Origin: Craspedostauros australis
Lineage: Eukaryota
NCBI GenBank assembly: GCA_030167865.1
Contig: JALAGF010005790.1
Span: 1-64,000, forward strand
Direction of reading: 5' to 3'
Length of the DNA stretch: 64,000 bases
The first letter of the stretch is position 1. Every line of letters begins with the position of its first letter. The notes under the pieces are model-generated. The model did no database searches, was not told the DNA's origin, and saw only the letters and a list, made by a program, of their open reading frames with translations. Position numbers and translations under genes: made by a program. Shown here piece by piece: positions 48,324-57,158 of the stretch.

Positions 48324-49839
48324 TTAAAATAACTGTTCATAGAAATGTATTACCTGACTCTGTCCAATAAGTAAGGGGGTAAGTTTTTGTATTTGAATAA
48401 TTTGTTTATTTTTATTTTTAATTTTAAACTGTATATGGCAATGTTCTCGAATAAGTTTGTGTTTCAAAGCTTGTTGAAATAGGTATTGAAGTAATTGTTT
48501 AAGTTGTGCCTTTTTTTGATTATTAGCATGTTTGTATTTATCCAATATTTTGTCTGACTCAAAAGTTTTTGTTAAGCTTTCAGTGCTATAACTTTGAATG
48601 AATTGAAGTCTGACTTGCAATTCGAAATCCTTTTGGTAAGTGAGAAAACAGGTGGGAAAAGAAAACTGATAGCTGTATAGGTGTAGCTCTTGCAAAATAG
48701 CTATTTTGGCTATCCAAGATCCATATTCTTGAAATTCTTTTCTAGTTTTAACGACGGGGAAGATTCTAGAACTTTGAAAACTATCGTTAGTGAAAATCTT
48801 GAGAAATGGATTCATGGTTTGTAATTCCTCGAAAAAGTTAATCCACTGTTCTCGTTGATATTGGTTTTTGTTTTCAACTTGAATAAAATCCATAAACTCG
48901 GCAATTTTAAATTGAATGAGAGAATATGTGTTACCCCGAAAAGTTTCTGTATTAGCGGATTGAGTCCGACTAAAAGCGATAAATTGTAAAAACCTAAAAA
49001 AGATTTTTTTGTCGTCGTTCTTCATTAAGTTAAAGTTTTGCTTGAAATATCCTGTTACCAATGCTAATGATTCTTTGTTTTGGTTTTGTCTTCTGAGATA
49101 ATCAATTAGCCAGCCAGTATAATTTTCATCGAGCGTCAGAACTTTTTTCGTATATTTAAAAAAGCGTTGTGTCATTATTTGCTCGAACTTTTCTTCTTCT
49201 ATCTGGTGGTCGAAGAGTAGTTCTTGCACTGCTTTTAGTTGTGATCCTCTTTGTTCTAATTCAAATCGGATGTTGTCGTCGTTTTCGTAAATACGGTAAT
49301 GGTTTGGACTTCCTCGTTTTCCGATTTTTAAAATAAAACCGCGAGAATTTTATTGTAAGCTGACGTATTTTATGGCGTTATTTGCGCTTACTTTCTGATA
49401 ACATTGGTTGAAAAACGATTCCACATTTTGATTATTGTTTATTTTGTTCAATGAATAATGTACATCTAGACGGCTTAAGCTGAGCCTAGGTATTTTTATT
49501 CTTTCTGGATCAAAAACTATCCAATCAACTTTATTCGCAAGAATATAATTGTAATATTGGTTAGCGTTTTCTCCAGAAAAATCAATTTTAAAACCGTTCC
49601 AATATATGTATGTCAGAATCTCTATATGCTCTGAGATGAACTTGATATTTGTTTTTAAAATCACGAAACAGAATTTCTTTATTTCTGTCGTATCCGATAG
49701 CAAAGGTGGAATTAAAGCCAAAATTTTGAAATAAATATCCGGCAATTCTTTCGACTTGTTCTCTGTCTACTAGACCTTTGATGTTGAACCCAATCCAATC
49801 GACGGCTAAGTTTTCTGATTTAAAAGGAAGTTGTTTCAT
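48324..49839 (-). pseudogene. near full-length ~500-aa plasmid-type protein with Rep_trans-like motifs
   Basis: Three ORF-track pieces join via a 4-bp duplication (~49605) and one in-frame TAA (49350-52); motifs VDWIGFN, LSRLDVHY, LKIGKRGSPNHYRIYEN..RFELE. Confidence 0.8.
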
Positions 49840-49881
49840 TGGCTTCTTTGTTATGAATAAAATATCGTCTATAAAAACATT

Positions 49882-50448
49882 TTATAGCTCTTTAACTAAT
49901 TCTTTTTTTAATTCCAACTCGAACCTCAGTCCTTTATCATTTTCATAAACTCGATAAAACTTCGAACTACCCCTGTGACCAATTCTCAAAACCAAGCCAG
50001 TTGAACCTAAATTCCACTCGGCTTTTCTTCTTTTATCTTTAGCTTTAACTCTTTGACAGCATTTTTCCATAAAATCTTCAACCAATTCGTTTTGATCATT
50101 CAGTTTAGTTTCTCTAAAATAACAAATATCCATTCGAGCAAGAGTTACATTTAAACCGTCAAAAATACCCCAATTAAATTGATTTTTTTTTACTTTATTG
50201 TAAATATGATCACCATTATCCCCGGAAAAATGTATTTTAGTGCCTACCCAAAAACTTTTTATTTGTAGATTATAGTCAAACTGATGAAAAGAAACATTAT
50301 GCTGATTTTTATTCATATAAAAAAATTTATTTTCTTGCCAGCCTTGAGTCCGTTCGTATCTTATAAAAGTTGAATTAAAACCAAATGATTGAAATAGGTA
50401 AAAAGCTATTTTCTTAAGATCTTCTAATTCGATAAAACCTTGTATATT
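49882..50448 (-). pseudogene. second, truncated copy (N-terminal half) of the same family
   Basis: YLFQSFGFNSTF, LARMDICY, LRIGHRGSSKFYRVYENDKGLRFELE. Confidence 0.78.
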
Positions 50449-50469
50449 TGTTCACTTCCTCTGGTTTCA

Positions 50470-50604
50470 TTACTCTATTTGACCCAATTTGATTAATTCA
50501 GCCTTTTCTGACTCCAGAGAAGAATTTTTGACTTGTTCTTTGGAACTAATCCTTGAATACCTGTATCGATTATTTTTAGGAATTTTTTCAAAACGTATGT
50601 TCAT
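50470..50604 (-). pseudogene. serC: serine recombinase (resolvase) N-terminal remnant
   Basis: MNIRFEKIPKNNRYRYSRISSKEQVKNSSLESEKAELIKLG matches the YxRVS...Q...SL catalytic motif. Confidence 0.7.
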
Positions 50605-50832
50605 GAATAGAAGTTCTACTGTAACATCTTAATTGTATAGAAACAATATCATAATCATAATAGTATTTCAAGGGTTTAAAATTAGGTATTTATTGACACT
50701 TACTAGGATAGGGATTAATGAAATATTTCTATCTACCGGATCAGATAATCAAATATGCTCTGAAATGATCTTAAAATTGTCTAAAAAGCAAATCAATTAG
50801 TTTTAGGTAGTATAAATCATCTCAGAAATCCC

Positions 50833-51183
50833 TTAGCCTTCTTTGAACTCATTTCCACTGTGATAATGTCTAATCAACTTACAGATTAATAGATTGTAAA
50901 CTGAATTTGCTCCGCTATCAAAAGGTGAAAAATAAATTTTAGATAATTTATAATTCGTTTCAAGAGATTTATTAACCAATTCTAACCCTGAAACTACTTG
51001 TTCTAAAACTTCTTCTTTTGAAATTCGGATTCTGCTTTTATCAATGTTAGGAAAATCCCATTCGATTACTTCAATATTATTTTCACTTCTGCGTTTGTCC
51101 TCAAAAGCCACACCTAAAATATTATCCTGCGAACCAGTTATTCGAATAATTTTATATATATTATCTTTTTTTAAAAATCCCAT
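50833..51183 (-). CDS. 116-aa putative (orphan) immunity-like protein
   Basis: Intact ORF co-oriented downstream of the toxin-like pair; RITGSQDNILG...EQVVSG pattern recalls small genes in bacterial toxin/immunity arrays. Confidence 0.5.
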   Translation of the reverse strand: MGFLKKDNIYKIIRITGSQDNILGVAFEDKRRSENNIEVIEWDFPNIDKSRIRISKEEVLEQVVSGLELVNKSLETNYKLSKIYFSPFDSGANSVYNLLICKLIRHYHSGNEFKEG

Positions 51184-51284
51184 TTTGTTGAGTTTTAATT
51201 TAATGTTAAAATTAATTAATATTATTTCTCATCTGGTTAAACAAATATCCATTCGAGCAAGAGTTACATTTCAAACCCAAGAAA

Positions 51285-51650
51285 TCAGGGAAATTCCTCG
51301 GCGTCTTTGGCTTGTAATTGATTAAATACAGCTATGTCAATATCCGTTGCAAAATGGTATAATTTTAACCAATAAGCGTCTGGTTTATCTTTAATATAAG
51401 CCTTAATTGCTTCTTGAATAATCCCCTTAGTCAATTTTTGAACAATAATCCAAGGAAGCCCTGGACCATAAAAATTGACCTTGTCCTTTTCCATTAAATA
51501 TTGTAAATTTTGAGGTGTCCCGACGATAATTGTTAAACTAAATCCATCTTGTAACGTGACAAATACTTCAATGTTTGAGTTGTAAACGTCCTCAATTTCG
51601 CTTAACTGAGTTTGATCTATTTCAATTAAAAACCTACTATTTTTTTCCAT
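51285..51650 (-). CDS. 121-aa putative immunity/antitoxin protein
   Basis: AAGGAG SD; 33 bp downstream of the toxin-like gene; NIEVFVTLQDG...GTPQNL...IIVQKLT. Confidence 0.6.
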   Translation of the reverse strand: MEKNSRFLIEIDQTQLSEIEDVYNSNIEVFVTLQDGFSLTIIVGTPQNLQYLMEKDKVNFYGPGLPWIIVQKLTKGIIQEAIKAYIKDKPDAYWLKLYHFATDIDIAVFNQLQAKDAEEFP

Positions 51651-51683
51651 GAAATTTTCTCCTTCAATTTAAAAATTATAATT

Positions 51684-52433
51684 TTATTTACCGTATAGTT
51701 CGTTCAATCGATTTATTACAGTTTGTTGATTCTTTTTATTTTTTCCTGATTTACCTAGAATTTCTATTATACCGTCCACTTCGCGAACGTAAAGTCGACT
51801 ACCATTCCTAGCACGATGCTCTACAATACCGTTGCCAATAGACTTCCAACCAATTCCAGGATTTTTATTTCCCTTGGCTAATTGGTCTTCTAAGTGATTA
51901 ACATCTTTTTGCACATGAGTATTTTCGCAAGCTTTTTGTGCTTCTTTAATTAATTTTTTATCTTCGTTTATTCTATAACGAATTTCTTGTTTTTGTTCAT
52001 TAGAGTTACATTGATTATTTGACTCGGAATCTGATTCACTGACCTTGTCAATTAGATAAGAGTAGTCTCTGAGACTGTCAACTCGTCCTTTCGTTTCTTC
52101 AACTGATTCTGTTTGTGGGTAGTTTGGAATCTCGTCTCCACCATCTCTACCTGAACCACCATTATTAGGTTTTCCAGGGCCTGAACCATTATTGTTTCCA
52201 AAAATACCCCCACGTTTTGGAGAACGGCTCCGATGTGGTTGATGTTGTGGTGTAAAAGCATCGGCCATATCTGATGAATGAGCTGGTGGCAGGTTTGAAA
52301 AATAGAAACTTATAGCCACAAAGGCACCAATGAGTGATTGACGAAATTTACCTGTAGTTTTATACAAATAGAAAAATAAACCTAAAAATGTTAAAGTTCC
52401 TACTAATCCGAATGTTAACAAAGATTTTTTCAA
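51684..52433 (-). CDS. 249-aa putative polymorphic toxin: hydrophobic leader, low-complexity linker, RelE-like C-terminal domain
   Basis: TTG start with AAGGGGG upstream; C-terminus LAKGNKNPGIGWKSIGNGIVEHRARNGSRLYVR...IEILGKSGK. Confidence 0.65.
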   Translation of the reverse strand: MKKSLLTFGLVGTLTFLGLFFYLYKTTGKFRQSLIGAFVAISFYFSNLPPAHSSDMADAFTPQHQPHRSRSPKRGGIFGNNNGSGPGKPNNGGSGRDGGDEIPNYPQTESVEETKGRVDSLRDYSYLIDKVSESDSESNNQCNSNEQKQEIRYRINEDKKLIKEAQKACENTHVQKDVNHLEDQLAKGNKNPGIGWKSIGNGIVEHRARNGSRLYVREVDGIIEILGKSGKNKKNQQTVINRLNELYGK

Positions 52434-52781
52434 AATATTCTCACCCCCCTTAAATAATAATTAATATTACATACTAGTAATTGATATTAATTATTATTTA
52501 TTTTTTAAGTAAACCTTTGTATGCTTTAATGTGCTTTACAAAACACTGAAGGTACGTTTTGTGTACTGGTTAGAGTACCCTTTTCAACCAGGTTCAAAAC
52601 TTACCAAAAACACTAAATATTAATTTCAGCGATGAAAAATTAGGTCTTGATTATTTGGTTTTCAATTTACCAAGGTTTAGAACAGGAACGCCAGAAGCGC
52701 ATCTCAAGCATCCAGTAATAGTTTTTAAAAAAATAAAAATGAATCGTATCTAAATATAGCTAGATACGATTCATAATGGAT

Positions 52782-53459
52782 TTAAGTTAGCGGAATATAC
52801 TGTACTTTTGGTTTAGATTTAAAAAGTTTAATTCTTGAATTAAACTTAGTTTTAATCTTAGAATATTTTGTTAAATTCTTTTTTAATTTAACTTTAAGAT
52901 ATCTAAAAATCTTTTTAACAATAAAGACAATAACGTAACCACACCCTGTAGTAAGAATAAAAATTCCGGTAATTGCTAATTGACACTGTATATGTTGTTT
53001 TCTAGTAAATCTTCTAAATCTTCTGTTTGGAAGAGCAACTACAAATGGAATAGATCCACCGCCACCTGATTTGGATACAGTCTCAATATATTGGGAAAGA
53101 AGATATATGAATCCACCAGCACTTGCATTTAAGACTGGAGATCCAGTCTTACTAAGTAAACCGGTTCCACTAAAAAGAAATGCAAGTGTGGCAACTTTTT
53201 AAGCTCTTGTTACACCTGTAACTTTACTAATAAAATCGTAAGTCTGAGGCGCACAACTAATGATCGGCGGCAAAAGTTTTGTAGCTTCAAAAGGCCGATC
53301 GGTTAAAACTCCAAAGCCATAACCTAAGGCTTGAGCCCCTACATTTTTTATAATTTCTCCACTACCTTGCGCTAAAAATTCCGGGATTGTAAAAGCATAT
53401 GTTACTAAATCGCGACTCATCATAAGAAGTGCGATTCGAAAATAGAGTTCTGGAGGCAT
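52782..53459 (-). pseudogene. ~225-codon hydrophobic ORF with one internal stop
   Basis: Frame stays open after TAA at 53199-53201 to 52782; followed by hairpin 52739-52774. Confidence 0.6.
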
Positions 53460-53471
53460 AATTGTAATTAG

Positions 53472-53582
53472 TTATAAATTGTAAATGTATTTTGCTAGAT
53501 TAGCGGATGAACCAAAAATAAAACCGATTAAAACAATTTTAATCATAGTTAAATATGGTTCAGGAATGTCTGATATATTCAT
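53472..53582 (-). CDS. 36-aa single-TM peptide (putative)
   Basis: MNISDIPEPYLTMIKIVLIGFIFGSSANLAKYIYNL, directly upstream of the 225-codon ORF. Confidence 0.35.
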   Translation of the reverse strand: MNISDIPEPYLTMIKIVLIGFIFGSSANLAKYIYNL

Positions 53583-53747
53583 GTTTTATGGAGCTAGATA
53601 AATAATTAAAAATACTTTACCTAATATTTTATTAGATCGCAATATTAAATTTTAAAAAATTATTTTATTTTTCCTCTTCATATTTCATATTTTAAATAAA
53701 CTTAATTTATTTCATTCTAGGGGCTTATTTTAGCCTCTGAGAAGCTA

Positions 53748-53879
53748 TTATAGTTGCTCAATCAGTTTCTGTCTTTCTTGGTAAGATAATTGCTTAACGT
53801 AGGCCGAAGTAGTATCTAACTTTTGATGACCAATTGTTTGTTTGATAAATTCAATATCTTTGGTATCTTTCCATAATTT
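53748..53879 (-). pseudogene. tyrC: tyrosine recombinase C-terminal remnant
   Basis: LWKDTKDIEFIKQTIGHQKLDTTSAYV: box II GH....T..Y with the catalytic Tyr. Confidence 0.8.
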
Positions 53880-53953
53880 TTTTGAAATATTTTTCTAACT
53901 ACCTATTTACAAAATCTTCATTGTGGTTTCTAATGTTTATCATTAACTATTGA

Positions 53954-54310
53954 ATGGACGTTATGTTACCAGCTCAAACATATGCATTGGTAAAAAATTA
54001 TGATCATAAATTAAGATTAACTACTTGGGTAGTTGTTATTAACGTTGTAAAAAGAAAGAGTATGAAGAATGACAAAAATACTAAATACAGAAAATTAAAT
54101 ATTCCAGATGAATTTTTTACAGGATTTAAAGAAGAAAATGACCATAAAAATTGGTTTGAAAATGCCAAACCTAGCTACACAAAGGAAATGTACAGTGAAA
54201 TCCGAGAACTAAATAATCATGTTCGTGGAAAAGTAATTGAATATTGCAAAAAGTCATCTGAAAAAAGAAACATTAAATTAGTTGATAAAATAAAATCTTT
54301 ATATATGTAA
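53954..54310 (+). CDS. hypothetical basic protein
   Basis: 118-aa ORF only; no motif recognised. Confidence 0.35.
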   Translation: MDVMLPAQTYALVKNYDHKLRLTTWVVVINVVKRKSMKNDKNTKYRKLNIPDEFFTGFKEENDHKNWFENAKPSYTKEMYSEIRELNNHVRGKVIEYCKKSSEKRNIKLVDKIKSLYM

Positions 54311-54317
54311 AGATTTT

Positions 54318-54597
54318 TTAACATTTTTCATAAATTTTCGTAACTAGATGAATGGCTGAACCTATAGTAACTGGATTTGGACTTGCAACGGAAACCGCAA
54401 TGACCGCGCCAGCTCCAATACAATGAGCTACTAATCTTACAGGAGGAGGGGCGCAGCAATCCAGCACAGTTAAAGTAATATTTTTTGTTAAGGTCAAGGG
54501 ATTGTTGAATTTGTAATATTAACCCCATTTTTAACAAGTTTTAAAGCTCGTCCTCCAGGAAAAACAAAGTGATACCACTTGTGATTGAGTCTAACAT
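54318..54597 (-). pseudogene. frameshifted ~93-aa hydrophobic Cys/Gly/Ala-rich ORF
   Basis: Reconstructed MLDSITSGI/FVFPGGRALKLVKNGVNITNST/PLTLTKNITLTVLDCCAPPPVRLVAHCIGAGAVIAVSVASPNPVTIGSAIHLVTKIYEKC. Confidence 0.55.
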
Positions 54598-54974
54598 TTT
54601 AACCTCCGGTAATTGTTATTATAATTTTGGCTAATGAAGAATTTCTTAAAGGTGATATCCCAATTAATAAACCTATGCCAACAGAAATGAATGTTTTCAT
54701 AATAGAATTGTTCCTTAATTATTAGTCAAGCGTGACGTTAAAAACGTAGTAATTAAACAATTACCTGAACAATGAGAATTACACAATACTTTTAATTTTT
54801 TTGCAACATTTATGAGTTATTTTCGAAAATCCCCAAAATTTAACCAGGTTGACAACCCGGTTGATAGCAAATAATCTGTATAAAATACATTATTTATAAT
54901 ACTTTATAAGTATTATTTAATAGTTTTGTCAACTTATCAACCATAAGTATATATATATATATTTAATTAAGGTT

Positions 54975-55053
54975 ATATTATTTCTTTAACTTTGATTTAG
55001 TGTTGCATAGCAACAGACTAGGAGTCACTTTTTAGAATTTTTTTTCTTTGCTA
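54975..55053 (-). repeat. right terminal inverted repeat (79 bp)
   Basis: Reverse complement of 45770-45848 with 3 mismatches. Confidence 0.92.
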
Positions 55054-55056
55054 ACT

Positions 55057-55141
55057 TGCATTCGACTGGGTTCGAACCAGTGATGTTCCATTGGAAAACG
55101 GATTATGAGTCCGGTGCCTTCAACCACTCGGCCACGAATGC
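55057..55141 (-). tRNA. trnM: tRNA-Met(CAU), elongator
   Basis: Anticodon loop CTCATAA; long variable arm. Confidence 0.9.
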
Positions 55142-55146
55142 AAATC

Positions 55147-55471
55147 TGGAGTTGATGGGAATTGAACCCACGTCCATTTAAAATTTCAAAGAAACTCGTT
55201 CACAGATATAGTTACGGAGAACAATAAGTTGATAAAATAACTCTAAATTATAATTGACTTTTTGTCTAGTTATAAAGAAAAATATTTGATAATGGAAAAA
55301 AATCTATCTCTTACAAAGCAAAGCTTAAAGATTTAGAGTTTTTTACCGTGAAAATAAATGGAATAATGTTATTAGCAATTATTTTTAAATTGTATGGTTT
55401 TTACGAAGAATAGCAACTTCGATCTGAATCATATCTTTTAAAATTTTAAATGTCGAAACCAAGTCAACCCC
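55147..55471 (-). ncRNA. ssrA: tmRNA
   Basis: 5' GGGGTTGAC..TTTCGAC, 3' T-arm ending CTCCA; tag ANNIIPFIFTVKNSKSLSFAL*. Confidence 0.92.
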
Positions 55472-55482
55472 TTATTAAACTT

Positions 55483-55555
55483 TAAGCATGAAGGGAATTG
55501 AACCCTTGACTCTCAGATTCGGAATCTGATGCTCTATCCACTGAGCTACATGCTT
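55483..55555 (-). tRNA. trnR: tRNA-Arg(CCG)
   Basis: Anticodon loop TTCCGAA. Confidence 0.92.
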
Positions 55556-55629
55556 AAAAGAAAGTATAAATATTAAATTTTCAAAGTGAAAATTTAATAT
55601 TAAATGTAATGAGAATTATAGTAAAAGAA

Positions 55630-56121
55630 TTAATAATAAATTTTTCCACCACCCCATTTTTCTGTAACAATTTTAGGTTGTAATAAAATATGGCCAGAAA
55701 TTGCATATAGATCTTCATCAGTCATTGAACGCATACGTGGGTATAAATCAGCACTTTTAATACTTGGATGAACTTCAGCAATCGATTCTAAACCATCGTA
55801 TGAAGTAGGATCTTTTAAATAATCTATTAAAGCCTCGATATTATCACGACGTGGTGTTGCTAAGCTTAAAGCTTCTGGATCTAAACCAACATTAGGGTTT
55901 GTTTTACTTACGCCACCTACATGACAAGCACCACATGTGGCATTAAAAAGACGTTTACCACGTTTAACTTGTTCAGGTGTTAAAACGATAGTTTTTCCTG
56001 TTGAGTCTTTCACAACAGTTCTTGTTGCTTCATCTAAATCAATCGCAGATACAGATGTTACAAAAAAACTAAAAAAAGATATGACTAGTAGAGAAAAAAT
56101 AGATATAGATTTTTTAAGCAT
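55630..56121 (-). CDS. psbV: cytochrome c550
   Basis: CGACH; EKWGGGKIYY. Confidence 0.99.
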   Translation of the reverse strand: MLKKSISIFSLLVISFFSFFVTSVSAIDLDEATRTVVKDSTGKTIVLTPEQVKRGKRLFNATCGACHVGGVSKTNPNVGLDPEALSLATPRRDNIEALIDYLKDPTSYDGLESIAEVHPSIKSADLYPRMRSMTDEDLYAISGHILLQPKIVTEKWGGGKIYY

Positions 56122-56153
56122 AGTTTAAATAAAATTATTTATAAATTTGAAAC

Positions 56154-56450
56154 CTAGATTTTTTTTTTTAATTTTGCTAATTTTGCTATCAGCCCTCGAA
56201 GACGAATATTTTCCCATCCAGTTACTAAAACTGTTATAATGATAAGAACTTGACTAAACAATAAAATAGGATCGAGACGCCAGCCGTGAATTATTAGAAT
56301 ACAACTATATAATAATCCAATAGTGGCAAAAAAAATATCTTCATCTCTAGCAATTTCTGGTTTAACATTTCGAAGAAAATATAAAATTACTACCCCGATT
56401 CCTACAAGAATTCCTAAAAAGATATTTGCACCAAAACTAAAATTGATCAT
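56154..56450 (-). CDS. ycf66: Ycf66
   Basis: PEIARDEDIFFATIGL; GWRLDPILLF. Confidence 0.95.
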   Translation of the reverse strand: MINFSFGANIFLGILVGIGVVILYFLRNVKPEIARDEDIFFATIGLLYSCILIIHGWRLDPILLFSQVLIIITVLVTGWENIRLRGLIAKLAKLKKKI

Positions 56451-56534
56451 AGAGAATGAAAATTAATTTTTAATATATTTTTATATAAGATTAACTAAAA
56501 CTTTGAAACTATAAGAGTATTGGTCTTATTCTAA

Positions 56535-56651
56535 TTAGTTTCTTGTTACTTTATCAGATTTACTAATGATAATTAATGCAATACTAATTCCAAGTACAAC
56601 AATACCGCCTGCTACTAAACTAGATATAAAATTTGCTAATGAAGTTGTCAT
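56535..56651 (-). CDS. psbX: photosystem II protein X
   Basis: MTTSLANFISSLVAGGIVV...SKSDKVTRN. Confidence 0.93.
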   Translation of the reverse strand: MTTSLANFISSLVAGGIVVLGISIALIIISKSDKVTRN

Positions 56652-56868
56652 TTATGATTTCCTGATCATTTTAATAAGAAATAAGTTAAAAGTGTAACAT
56701 TAACTATAATAGTTATTGTATCAGCTTTTAAAAAAAAATCTTATTAATATTTATTTAATAAATAACCACAAAATTTTTATAACTTCCTCTTATGGTTCTT
56801 TTAACTAGAAGTCGCTTTTAAATTAGGAAAAAATAAAATAATCAATTAAAGAATATTAATAATTAACA

Positions 56869-56958
56869 TATAGTTTCAATACAAACTTAAAAAAATCTTA
56901 TGCTGCTACTTTACAGTTCTGACATGATAAATTTTTCAAAAGATCTATTGAAACTATA
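56869..56958 (-). ncRNA. ffs: SRP RNA (4.5S)
   Basis: Long closing stem plus helix-8 motif TCAGAACT-GTAA-AGTAGCAGC. Confidence 0.8.
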
Positions 56959-57085
56959 CTAGAAAAGATTATACTGAAAACAAGAAAAATAGTCAACTCT
57001 CTTATACTGAACTATAAAGTAAATATTATTAAAAAACTTGTCAATTTACTTCAAGAATGATAAGATAAAATTGTACACCATTCAA

Positions 57086-57158
57086 GCCTGGATAGCTCAG
57101 TTGGTAGAGCAGTGGATTGAAGATCCTCGTGTCACCAGTTCGAATCTGGTTCTAGGCA
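57086..57158 (+). tRNA. trnF: tRNA-Phe(GAA)
   Basis: Anticodon loop TTGAAGA. Confidence 0.95.

Larger units (their letters stand above)
45770..55053. mobile_element. 9.3-kb composite plasmid/virus-derived island bounded by 79-bp inverted repeats, inserted at the 3' end of trnM
   Basis: 45770-45848 is the reverse complement of 54975-55053 (3 mismatches); content is Rep, recombinase and toxin-like genes and remnants. Confidence 0.8.

Noticed and set aside
45755..55060. Target-site duplication or transposase for the inverted-repeat island
   Set aside because: Flanks (..taaagta / acttgca..) do not match and no DDE transposase motif was seen, so it is not called an IS or transposon
55057..55141. 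Long variable arm in tRNA-Met
   Set aside because: Recalled as normal for the elongator trnM of red-lineage plastids
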